The notes: generated by a model not told the origin, from the sequence alone. 64,000 nt of DNA from Candidatus Nealsonbacteria bacterium (GCA_011050465.1 DRFQ01000001.1:37225-101224); one strand, 5' to 3'; counted from the stretch's first letter, positions 44,701-52,922 are shown. Translations and numbers: made by a program.

Positions 44701-46581
44701 TTATTCTACGGTCACGCTCTTTGCGAGATTGCGGGGTTTATCAACATCGCAACCTCTTAAAACTCCCATATGATAAGCAAAGAGCTGCAAAGGAATGACG
44801 CTTAAAATTGGGGTTAACATTTCAAGGGTCTTTGGAATATAAATTACGTCATCTGCTAAATCTTTTATCTTTCTATTCCCTTCGGTAGTTAAAACTATCA
44901 CCTTTCCTTTTCTGGCTTTGATTTCTTCGATATTAGAAATCATCTTTTCATAAACTGAATCTTCTGGACAAATAGCCATTGTTGGGAAGTCTTCGTCAAT
45001 CAAAGTAATGGGACCGTGCTTCATTTCGCCCGCAGCGAATCCTTCTGCGTGAAGATAAGATGTTTCCTTTAGTTTGATAGCGCCTTCAAGAGCAATGGGA
45101 TAATTATATTTTCGTCCTAAATAAGCAAAATTATTATACTTAGAATATTTTATAGCAATTTTTTGAATCTTATTATTCGTTTTTAAAATTTCTCTCGCTT
45201 TCTCCGGAATAAGTGCTAATTCTTGAGCAATCCGCCGACCTGTCGCTAAAGACATGTCACGTTGTCGTCCCAAAAATAAAGTCAAAAGAGCCAAAACAAC
45301 TAACTGAGAAATGAAGGCTTTTGTTGAAGCTACAGCAATCTCTGGTCCAGCGTGATTATATATACCGGCATCCGTTTCGCGGGCAACCATACTTCCCACT
45401 ACATTAGTAATACCCAAAGTAAGAATATTTTTCCGCTTAGCTTCACGAACTACTGCCAAAGTGTCGGCTGTCTCCCCGGATTGGCTGATAGTTATTACGG
45501 CCGTAGAAGGATCGAGAATGGATTTTTTATAGCGGAATTCTGAACCATAGTCTGTCTCAACAGGAATCCCGGCATACTCTTCAAGCATATATTCTCCCAC
45601 TAACGCGGCACAGCGAGCAGTCCCGCAAGCTCCGATAATGATTCTTTGGATTTCACGTAGTTTATTTTCCACCCCCGCTATCCCTCCTAATCTTGCCAGT
45701 CCCTCTTTCTTAATCAATCTTCCCCGTAAAGCATTTTCAATTACTTCTGGTGCCTCAAAAATTTCTTTTAACATAAAATGAGGGTAGCCTGATTTTTGGG
45801 CCTTTTCTAAATCCCAATCTATTTCTTCAACCCGTTCGGTTTTACTCGGGGTTGATCCCGAGTTTATTGAAAGATTAATTGGTTTTTCCTTTTTGTTTTG
45901 AGAAAGATCGGTAATAAAAAAAATCTCGGGAGTTAAAACGGCAACCTCTCCATCATCAAGATAAACCACCTTTTTCGTCCTGCCAATAATGGCTGAAGGA
46001 TCTGAAGCAACGATGTATTCTTTCTCTCCCAAGCCAATCAAAAGTGGTGAAGAGTTTCTGGCTACGACAATCTTTTCTGGATCATCCCGGGAAATTATTG
46101 CCAAACCATAGGTTCCTCTAATTAATTTCAGAGCTTTTGTTACTGCTTCTTCTAAATTACCATTAAAAAATTTTTCGATCAAATGAATTATAACTTCAGT
46201 ATCGGTCTTTGATGAAAATTGATGCCCCTCTCGGGTAAGTTTTTTCCGCAGAATCTTATAATTTTCAATAATTCCATTATGGACAAGATAGATATTTTTT
46301 TTGCAATCTAAATGTGGATGAGCATTTTTCTCGTTTGGTTCCCCATGCGTGGCCCAACGAGTATGAAAAATTGCTGGACTTCCAGAAAAACCAGATTGCT
46401 TGATTTTTGCCTCCAATAAATCAATCCGGCCAGCCACTTTAATCAAATGGATTTCTTTTTTAGCTGAATCGAAAATAGCCATACCTGCCGAATCATATCC
46501 TCGGTATTCTAAACGCTTTAGGGCTTCAAGCCCAATCGATAAAGTATTCTGTTTTCCGATATAGCCAACTATGCCGCACAT
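44701..46581 (-). CDS. glmS: glutamine-fructose-6-phosphate aminotransferase
   Basis: 626 aa with the MCGIVGYIG N-terminal nucleophile, two SIS domains, and a C-terminal ...KSVTVE. Confidence 0.95.
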   Translation of the reverse strand: MCGIVGYIGKQNTLSIGLEALKRLEYRGYDSAGMAIFDSAKKEIHLIKVAGRIDLLEAKIKQSGFSGSPAIFHTRWATHGEPNEKNAHPHLDCKKNIYLVHNGIIENYKILRKKLTREGHQFSSKTDTEVIIHLIEKFFNGNLEEAVTKALKLIRGTYGLAIISRDDPEKIVVARNSSPLLIGLGEKEYIVASDPSAIIGRTKKVVYLDDGEVAVLTPEIFFITDLSQNKKEKPINLSINSGSTPSKTERVEEIDWDLEKAQKSGYPHFMLKEIFEAPEVIENALRGRLIKKEGLARLGGIAGVENKLREIQRIIIGACGTARCAALVGEYMLEEYAGIPVETDYGSEFRYKKSILDPSTAVITISQSGETADTLAVVREAKRKNILTLGITNVVGSMVARETDAGIYNHAGPEIAVASTKAFISQLVVLALLTLFLGRQRDMSLATGRRIAQELALIPEKAREILKTNNKIQKIAIKYSKYNNFAYLGRKYNYPIALEGAIKLKETSYLHAEGFAAGEMKHGPITLIDEDFPTMAICPEDSVYEKMISNIEEIKARKGKVIVLTTEGNRKIKDLADDVIYIPKTLEMLTPILSVIPLQLFAYHMGVLRGCDVDKPRNLAKSVTVE

Positions 46582-46606
46582 AAAATTATTTTTAATTCTA
46601 CATCTT

Positions 46607-46665
46607 ATTTCAAAAAAAGAAAAGAGGCCGCTGACCCGGAGGTGAAATTTCCGAGCTAGCGGCCT
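46607..46665 (-). terminator. intrinsic terminator after the GC-rich surface-protein gene
   Basis: The minus strand reads AGGCCGCT...AGCGGCCT followed by CTTTTCTTTTTTT. Confidence 0.6.
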
Positions 46666-46694
46666 TTGTCTACTATTAGTCAGTTTAGGTCAAT

Positions 46695-47435
46695 TTATTT
46701 TAGATGACGCCAGGTTAGGTGTCCTGCAATGGCGATTAATAATAATTCTCCACCCAGAAAAGTCTTCCAGAAAGGTGATTCCTCCTCTCTGGGTAATTGG
46801 CCGCCAGTTGGTGGCTGACCACCAGTTGGTGGTAGCATCTTAGGAACTTCGGCCATTGGCGTCTTATGAGCCTCAAGCGTCAGCGTCGGCGAAGGGATTG
46901 GTGTGGGTGTCGACGTTGGTGACGGTGATGGCGCCAGTGTTGGCGTGGACGTGGGCGTTGATGTCGGTGTCGGTGTTGACGTAACCCTCAGGCACGGAGG
47001 GAAGCTTTCGCTTTTCTCCGGATTAAGAGCGAGATTAACATTTATGTCCACCTCCACCCGAAGCGCGTTGGCCCGGGAGTCGACGTTGACCGTCAACAGA
47101 GGATCATACTCGAATTCCAGGACCGCGCCGCCAGCCAAATTCACGTCAACGCTCGTCATTACACCAGGGACGGGCTGGAACTTAGGGTCTCCTCCCCGCG
47201 ATGGTGGAATATGCTGCGCCAGCATGAGCGGTACGCTGTAGCTGACCTTCTTATTCGTCAAGTTCTTGACCGTGATCAGACCGAACACGTTACCGTCCGC
47301 ATCGCAACTCGCAGCGACAAGAGTCACGCGAACCGGAGCCGACGAATACGCATCGCTCTTACTGATCTGAAAAATGCTGACTACTATCAGCAGCAAAACT
47401 ACTAACAGTGAACTAAAAAAGACCCCTCTGTTCAT
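46695..47435 (-). CDS. GC-rich secreted protein with Pro/Thr linker and LPxTG-like sorting signal
   Basis: 246 aa. It has a signal/TM N-terminus, a TSTPTPTSTPTSTPTLAPSPSPTSTPTPIPSPT linker, MLPPTGGQPPTGGQ, then a hydrophobic segment and a basic tail (WRHLK). SD AAGGAGG is present. Composition is clearly GC-richer than the flanks. Confidence 0.6.
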   Translation of the reverse strand: MNRGVFFSSLLVVLLLIVVSIFQISKSDAYSSAPVRVTLVAASCDADGNVFGLITVKNLTNKKVSYSVPLMLAQHIPPSRGGDPKFQPVPGVMTSVDVNLAGGAVLEFEYDPLLTVNVDSRANALRVEVDINVNLALNPEKSESFPPCLRVTSTPTPTSTPTSTPTLAPSPSPTSTPTPIPSPTLTLEAHKTPMAEVPKMLPPTGGQPPTGGQLPREEESPFWKTFLGGELLLIAIAGHLTWRHLK

Positions 47436-47552
47436 TACTACGCCTCCTTGATACTAGGGGAGCCTGCTAACCATTAGGTTAGCTTCGCTACCAATTAGAC
47501 ACTATAACAAAGTATTCAAAGAAAGTCAAGCCCGAATAAGTCTCAGGCGGAT

Positions 47553-47620
47553 ATCAAAAAACCGCCTTCTTGCCTACCTAAATTTCGAAGAAACTTTGGC
47601 GGGCTTGGCGGTTTTTTGAT
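47553..47620. terminator. 14-bp-stem hairpin, junction J4
   Basis: ATCAAAAAACCGCC...GGCGGTTTTTTGAT is a perfect inverted repeat with A/T tracts on both sides. Its left half equals the CAAAAAACCGCCTTCTTG motif of the other junctions. Confidence 0.65.
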
Positions 47621-47641
47621 TAGATTAAACTAGAATTTAAA

Positions 47642-47929
47642 TTATTGCGGTAATGCAGATGCACAAGCGGGTATCTGCATAAGTTGTTGCAATGTTTGTT
47701 GACATTGTTGCACTGTGGCTTGTATTGTTTCCGCACACTCTGCTTGAGCCGCTGCTGTTAATTGGGGTATAACTTGGGTATCTATATTTGCTTTGCATTC
47801 TGCTTCTGCTTTTTTAGGAACACTCACTGTAAGTGTATAATAAGTCCAACCAGCCAAAGCAATTAAAATTACAATTAAAACTACAATAATGATATTTTTT
47901 GAATTGCCCATGTTTAAACTTGTTATCAA
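47642..47929 (-). CDS. small membrane-anchored Cys/Gln-rich hypothetical protein
   Basis: 95 aa (or 89 from MGNSKN). It has one TM helix, then a helical region with 4 Cys (AECKAN...AECAET...QQCQQT...PACAS). Confidence 0.45.
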   Translation of the reverse strand: MITSLNMGNSKNIIIVVLIVILIALAGWTYYTLTVSVPKKAEAECKANIDTQVIPQLTAAAQAECAETIQATVQQCQQTLQQLMQIPACASALPQ

Positions 47930-48029
47930 TATTTTAAAAAAAACCGACCTTTATATTTATATAATTATTCTATCATTAAATCGTTTTTTTAGAAATCAAC
48001 TTAATAAAATTGTATCTTTTCTTATTATA

Positions 48030-48143
48030 CCAAAAAACCGCCTTCTTGGCGATTTATAAAGTTAACTAATAACTAAAAACTATAAACTAATAACTGAAAA
48101 TTACTTTGTAATTTTTATTGGCTCCGCGGGTAGGAATCTCACT
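48030..48143. repeat. junction repeat J3: terminator module plus AT-rich tract plus tRNA-3'-end-like fragment
   Basis: 48031-48100 is near-identical to 7499-7568. 48122-48143 in reverse complement reads GTGAGATTCCTACCCGCGGAGC(CA), which resembles the T-arm/acceptor 3' half of the tRNA-Leu at 28211-28233. Confidence 0.75.
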
Positions 48144-48145
48144 GC

Positions 48146-48288
48146 TCGCTTCGCTGCGCTTTAGACACCCACGGCACTTCGTCCTGAGCTCAGTATCGAA
48201 GGATTTCTAACGTTTTCGCCTCAACGGCGAAAGCCTGTTTTCCTACACGGGAAAACACCCAGTTTTCCCGACCCCTTTCTGTGGTTCT
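48146..48288. repeat. structured element, copy B (homologous to 2042-2154)
   Basis: It shares the blocks TCGCTTCG, TTAGACACC, TTTCTAACG, a CGCC-loop-GGCGA hairpin, CCTGTTTT, CACGGG..hairpin..CCCGACCCC and TGGTTCT. Hairpin stems differ by compensatory changes. Confidence 0.75.
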
Positions 48289-48478
48289 CATCCTCCCCCT
48301 CCGCAATCATCACAAATCAAAAACACCCATAAAGGGTGTCTTGATTTTGGGAGCTCCCCCTATTGGACGCGTTTAGAACCATTGATTGGAGAAAGATGAG
48401 GGAAGAATTAGATAAATTAGCTCCTTTGGTTGCGGGACTTGGACGGTGTTAGAAGCTGTTTATTGTAGAGTATTTAAA

Positions 48479-48997
48479 CTATTTCACTTTAGCAAATAAC
48501 AAATGATCCATCAGTTTATTGTCTTTTAGGACATCTTTTCTCAATCTCCCTTCATATTTATACCCTGCTTTTTCTAAAACTCTTACCGAGGCTTTATTGA
48601 ATGGGAACACATCAGCGTATACTCTTTTTAATCCTAATTTAGTAAAGGCATACTTTGTTACCAATTTTACAGCAAAGGTCATAATTCCTTGTCCCCAATA
48701 CTTTTCTCCTAACCAGTAACCTATTTCTGCTTTATGGACTTCGATCTTATCAAGACCAATACCTCCTATAATTTTTCCATTTATATCAATAGCAAAATTA
48801 ATTTCGGTTCTCTTTTTTTTCTTTTGTAATTTTAAATTGTGGTTAATCCAAAAACGAGCATCCTTTTTCTTATAAGGATAAGGGATTCTTAAGGTATTTC
48901 TTGCTATTTTCTTACTGTTTATATTCTTTGTTAAAGACTCCTCGTCTCCTTTTCTAAGGGGCCTTAATATAAATTGTTTTGAGTGAATAGTGGGCAT
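48479..48997 (-). CDS. GNAT-family N-acetyltransferase (RimJ/RimL-like)
   Basis: 172 aa with IGYWLGEKYWGQGIMTFAVKLVTKYAF (acetyl-CoA binding motif A region). Confidence 0.85.
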   Translation of the reverse strand: MPTIHSKQFILRPLRKGDEESLTKNINSKKIARNTLRIPYPYKKKDARFWINHNLKLQKKKKRTEINFAIDINGKIIGGIGLDKIEVHKAEIGYWLGEKYWGQGIMTFAVKLVTKYAFTKLGLKRVYADVFPFNKASVRVLEKAGYKYEGRLRKDVLKDNKLMDHLLFAKVK

Positions 48998-49026
48998 AAT
49001 TATTAGCGTTTTATTTTTCTATTCTA

Positions 49027-49090
49027 TCAAAAAATCGCCTTCTTGGCGATTTTCTGAAGCTAACTCCCCCTACAGGACGCATTCAGAACC
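49027..49090. repeat. junction repeat J2
   Basis: TCAAAAAATCGCCTTCTTGGCGATTTTCTGAAGCTAACTCC... matches 50177-50218 at 38/42 positions. It is followed by CCCTACAGGACGCATTCAGAACC, related to 48355-48380. Confidence 0.8.
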
Positions 49091-49198
49091 TTAGATTGGG
49101 GTAAGATTAGGGAAAGCCTTAGAGATTTGGAACCCCTTATGGCTACTTATCTAAATCCTCTGGCTAAACGGTGTTATTAAAGACCGTTTGAGATAAAC

Positions 49199-49231
49199 AA
49201 AAAGGCCTCGATACTCTATTGAGCCGAGGCT
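49199..49231 (-). terminator. intrinsic terminator of the two-gene cassette
   Basis: Minus-strand GCCTCG-(14 nt)-CGAGGC is followed by CTTTTTG. Confidence 0.6.
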
Positions 49232-49241
49232 TTATTCCCTC

Positions 49242-49613
49242 CTATTCTTGAAGACTATCGAGAAGATTAGCAATGTTACGCACAAGACCCATTGTTGGTA
49301 TGATTTCGTCAGCTTCTGGAAAGTTAAATCTACTAACAGTGTTAACGACCACTTTGGCTCCAACTGCTTTAATCTGTGGAATTATTTTGTTTGCATCACC
49401 TGCTGGTATATCGCCAAAGTGTAGTATAACTACATCTACTCCTTTGGCAATATCAACAACTCTTTCTACGTCTGGCCCGTGGCCGAAGCCATAGCGTTCG
49501 AGATTGGTCCAGCTAACATCTAATATTTCAAAACCTTTTCTTCTTAGTAGTTGTTCAACTGACCCCCAAAGAAAAGCAAGTTTGTCTTCGTAATCAACGA
49601 TTAGAACTTTCAC
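49242..49613 (-). CDS. hypothetical protein, flavodoxin/receiver-like fold suspected
   Basis: 123 aa. It starts MKVLIVDYED... as a receiver domain does, but the usual phospho-acceptor position reads VDVVILHFGD (His, not Asp). No confident family. Confidence 0.45.
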   Translation of the reverse strand: MKVLIVDYEDKLAFLWGSVEQLLRRKGFEILDVSWTNLERYGFGHGPDVERVVDIAKGVDVVILHFGDIPAGDANKIIPQIKAVGAKVVVNTVSRFNFPEADEIIPTMGLVRNIANLLDSLQE

Positions 49614-49633
49614 GGTTAGCTCTCCTTTAAGCC

Positions 49634-50059
49634 TTAGAGGCCGGCTTCTGCCAGCTCACGGAACCAACAGGCTGCAGCAAGCAGAAAGACGAGCTGCTCA
49701 GACCTATCCGTATTATGTGGAAGATAAAGAATCCATTCCTTGTCTTCTTTAATCATATGCTCCCATTCATTGTGGGACGGGTCAAAACCACAGGCATTTC
49801 CTGGACAATTCCAGGAACGAAGTCCGTGTTCATTGTCTATATGAACATTGAATTCGAATTCTAATGCCGTTTCCCCAAAGTATTGCTTTCCTGCGGTAAC
49901 AAGACGCTGCTGAATTCTCTCTATCTGTTCTCTGGTTAGCGTCTTAAAGAAACGAACCACACTAATGTGGAAATAAATGTTAGCACTTGCACTATAGTTA
50001 CCTTTCTTTGGGAAAGAAACTTCTACTCGTAATTTCTCAGTATGATCGTGTAGCGGCAT
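49634..50059 (-). CDS. hypothetical protein
   Basis: 141 aa with a Cys/His-containing segment WNCPGNACGFDPSHNEWEH. SD GGAGG is present and a TTGACT -35-like box lies upstream. No family recognised. Confidence 0.45.
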   Translation of the reverse strand: MPLHDHTEKLRVEVSFPKKGNYSASANIYFHISVVRFFKTLTREQIERIQQRLVTAGKQYFGETALEFEFNVHIDNEHGLRSWNCPGNACGFDPSHNEWEHMIKEDKEWILYLPHNTDRSEQLVFLLAAACWFRELAEAGL

Positions 50060-50176
50060 TTCTTCTCTCCTCCGTTCGTGGCTGTTCTTGGCAATCCTTA
50101 TTCAATTGAGAAAGTGCGAAACTCTCTCTGTTAATTTTATATCTTAACGGCTTCCGAAAATAAGTCAAGTCTACTA

Positions 50177-50236
50177 TCAAAAAACCGCCTCTATGGCGAT
50201 TTTCTGAAGCTAACTCCGGGAGTAGGACTCGAACCG
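50177..50236. repeat. junction repeat J1 abutting the leuS stop codon
   Basis: Terminator module TCAAAAAACCGCCTCTATGGCGATTTTCTGAAGCTAACTCC plus GGGAGTAGGACTCGAACCG. The reverse complement CGGTTCGAGTCCTACTCCCGGAG corresponds to T-loop, T-stem 3' strand and acceptor 3' strand. Confidence 0.8.
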
Positions 50237-52777
50237 TTAAATCACGATATTGATTAATTTTCCCGGGACGAAGATCACTCTCTTAATTGTTCTACTTTTT
50301 AACCATTTTTTTACTTTTTCCAGGGAAGTTGCCAATTCTCTGGCTTTTTTTTCTGAAATACCAGCTTCAACATCAATTTTATCACGGACTTTACCATTTA
50401 TCTGAATAATCATCACTATAACCTTTTCTTTAATTAATTTTGGGTTATATTTTGGCCAAGGTTGATTATGAATGGAGTTTCGTATATTAAAATGTTTATC
50501 CTCCGACCCTCGTCGGCCGTAGCCGACTTCGGTCGGCGAAGGCCGAAGCTTTCTAGTCAAAGAGGACCAGAGCTCTTCGGTCAAATAAGGAGTGAAGGGC
50601 GATAAAATTTTCAAGAAATTTTTAAAATCCTCTTTTCCTAATCCATCCTTTCCTTCTATTTGCCAGGCATTACAAAATTCCATTAATGAGCTAACAGCTG
50701 TGTTAAATTTTAAAGACTCAATATCTTCTGAAACTTTTTTAATTGTTCTGTGGAGTATTTTTTTCAAATCTAGGGAGCCTTGAGATTCTGGAGCAGCAAG
50801 AAATTGTCCGGCTAATTTCCAAACTCTTTCCAAAAACCTTTTAGATCCCTTTACTCCTTTCGTGTCCCAGGCAATCATTTGTTTAAAGGGCCCCATAAAC
50901 ATCTCGTAAATTCTCAGAGTATCGGCACCATATTCTTCTATAATTTGTTCAGGACGTATAACATTGCCTTTGGACTTGGACATTTTAATTCCTCCCTCGC
51001 CAAGAATTATTCCGTGAGAAGTTCGTTTTTTGTAAGGTTCTGAGCCAAGAGATTTTGGTACAGCCCTGATATCCCACAAAAATTTATAGATAAAACGAGA
51101 ATATAATAAATGTAAGGTGGTATGCTCCATGCCCCCATTGTACCAGTCCACCGGCATCCAATATTTAAGTAATTTCTGATCGGCTAACTTTTTTTCGTTT
51201 TTAGGGTCGCAATAGCGAAGGTAATACCAATTGGAACCTGCCCAGTTTGGCATAACATCGGTTTCTCTCTTAGCTTTGCGGTCGCATTTTGGACATTTAG
51301 TGTTCACCCATTTCTCAAGGGCTGCCAACGGAGATTCGCCGGTCTCGGTGGGCTGATATTTTTCAACAAGGGGGAGTTCAACCGGTAAATCCTTTTCTGG
51401 TACAGACACCCAGCCACATCCTTCACACCTAACCATTGGAATTGGCTCTCCCCAATATCTTTGGCGAGAAAAAATCCAATCTCTTAATTTATAATTGATC
51501 GTTTTTTTTGCCAGACGCTTGCTGGCTAGCCACTCAATAATTCTTTCTTTTGCCGCCCCGGATTTCATTCCATTAAATCTGCCAGAATTAATTAATATCC
51601 CTTCTCCTTCATAGGCCCTCTCCTTGAGTCCACCTGAAACGACCAAAGAAGCTCTTTTTGAAGTTGACCTTGAGGGCTGCGCAGGGTGGATTACCTCAAT
51701 TATTGGCAGGTTATATTTTCTGGTAAAATCAAGGTCTCTTTGGTCGTGAGCAGGTACTGCCATAATGGCTCCGGTACCGTAGTGAATTAAAACATAATCT
51801 GCTATAAAAATTGAAATTTGCCGATTGTTTATTGGATTAATGGCTTTAACTCCCCTAATTTCTACTCCAGTTTTTTCTTTAATCTCGCTTAGTCTTTCTT
51901 TTTCAGTTTTCTTCTTGGCTTGTTCAATATATTTCTTAACGCTTTCTAAATTCTCAATTTTTGATTCTAATTGTTCAATTACCGGATACTCCGGAGATAA
52001 AACTAAATACGTACAACCAGATAAAGTGTCTGGCCTAGTGGTAAATACGGAAATCTCGTGTTTCGTGCTTTTAATTTTGAATTTTATTTCTGTTCCTTCG
52101 GATTTTCCTATCCAATCTCTTTGTAACGTTTTGACTCTTTCTGGATAATCAATGTTATCTAAATCTTTAATCAATCTCTCGGCGTATTTGGTGATTTTTA
52201 ACATCCACTGTTCTTTTTCTTTTTTAATAACTTTTTGACCGCAGCGTTCACAGTGACCATCGACTACTTCTTCATTGGCCAAACCGATCTTGCACGAGGG
52301 ACACCAATTGATTGGTATCTCGGCTTTATAAGCCAAACCCTTTTTAAAAAGTTGGACAAATATCCATTGGGTCCATCTGTAATAAGCCGGGTCGGTAGTG
52401 TTAATTTCTCGGCTCCAATCAAAAGAAAGTCCTAGTCTTTTTTCCTGACGTTTAAAAAAAGCGGCGTTTTTCTCGGTAACGGTTCTTGGATGAATCCCCG
52501 TCTTGACGGCGTAGTTTTCGGTTGGAAGCCCGAAAGCATCCCAACCCATCGGGAACAAAACATTAAACCCCTCCATCCTTCTTTTCCGAGCAATAATGTC
52601 TAAGGCTATATAACTCCGGCAATGTCCTACGTGCAATCCTTCACCCGATGGGTAAGGAAATTCAACTAAAATATAGCTTTTTGGTTTTCTAAGCAAGTCT
52701 TTGGCTAGATAAAAATCTCTTTCTTCCCAAATCCTCTGCCACTTCTTTTCAATTTTTTGCGGATTATATATCTCCAT
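50237..52777 (-). CDS. leuS: leucyl-tRNA synthetase
   Basis: 846 aa with the HIGH-type motif EGLHVGH, KMSKSKGN, a CP1 editing domain and Zn-binding CxxC pairs. Confidence 0.95.
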   Translation of the reverse strand: MEIYNPQKIEKKWQRIWEERDFYLAKDLLRKPKSYILVEFPYPSGEGLHVGHCRSYIALDIIARKRRMEGFNVLFPMGWDAFGLPTENYAVKTGIHPRTVTEKNAAFFKRQEKRLGLSFDWSREINTTDPAYYRWTQWIFVQLFKKGLAYKAEIPINWCPSCKIGLANEEVVDGHCERCGQKVIKKEKEQWMLKITKYAERLIKDLDNIDYPERVKTLQRDWIGKSEGTEIKFKIKSTKHEISVFTTRPDTLSGCTYLVLSPEYPVIEQLESKIENLESVKKYIEQAKKKTEKERLSEIKEKTGVEIRGVKAINPINNRQISIFIADYVLIHYGTGAIMAVPAHDQRDLDFTRKYNLPIIEVIHPAQPSRSTSKRASLVVSGGLKERAYEGEGILINSGRFNGMKSGAAKERIIEWLASKRLAKKTINYKLRDWIFSRQRYWGEPIPMVRCEGCGWVSVPEKDLPVELPLVEKYQPTETGESPLAALEKWVNTKCPKCDRKAKRETDVMPNWAGSNWYYLRYCDPKNEKKLADQKLLKYWMPVDWYNGGMEHTTLHLLYSRFIYKFLWDIRAVPKSLGSEPYKKRTSHGIILGEGGIKMSKSKGNVIRPEQIIEEYGADTLRIYEMFMGPFKQMIAWDTKGVKGSKRFLERVWKLAGQFLAAPESQGSLDLKKILHRTIKKVSEDIESLKFNTAVSSLMEFCNAWQIEGKDGLGKEDFKNFLKILSPFTPYLTEELWSSLTRKLRPSPTEVGYGRRGSEDKHFNIRNSIHNQPWPKYNPKLIKEKVIVMIIQINGKVRDKIDVEAGISEKKARELATSLEKVKKWLKSRTIKRVIFVPGKLINIVI

Positions 52778-52812
52778 AACTAAATCTGATTATTCAATTT
52801 ATCATAAAAAAA

Positions 52813-52901
52813 CAGCTTTCTCAAACCCCCACACCATAACGAGCATAAATTCCATTTATTTGCGCAAAGCGCAATGCTCGTTATGGTGTGGGGGAAAGCT
52901 G
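52813..52901 (-). terminator. very long hairpin (20-bp perfect core) plus U-tract downstream of tatD; member of the CCCCCACACCA hairpin family
   Basis: CCCCCACACCATAACGAGCA (52826-52845) pairs with TGCTCGTTATGGTGTGGGGG (52875-52894). The stem is extended by CAGCTTTC/GAAAGCTG. The minus strand is followed by TTTTTTT. Confidence 0.7.
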
Positions 52902-52922
52902 CTATTTTTTAAAAAAATTATG

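Noticed and set aside
48121-48360. Possible tmRNA (ssrA) on the minus strand, because the segment ends ...GATTCCTACCCGCGGAGCCA and begins near GGGGGAGC
   Set aside because: There is no intact T-arm (the 5' strand of the T-stem is missing) and no acceptor pairing between the ends. There is no plausible resume codon or tag ORF ending in ...LAA-type residues. At ~240 nt it is too short. It is better explained as a tRNA-3'-end-like fragment plus the structured repeat.
47553-50236. Integron-like cassette array with attC sites
   Set aside because: The junctions lack canonical RYYYAAC...GTTRRRY core sites (the closest are GTTAGCT and GTTAACT, with a pyrimidine at position 6). They show no overall attC-type dyad symmetry, and no intI gene is present. 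I kept the observation as a generic cassette/att-repeat finding only.
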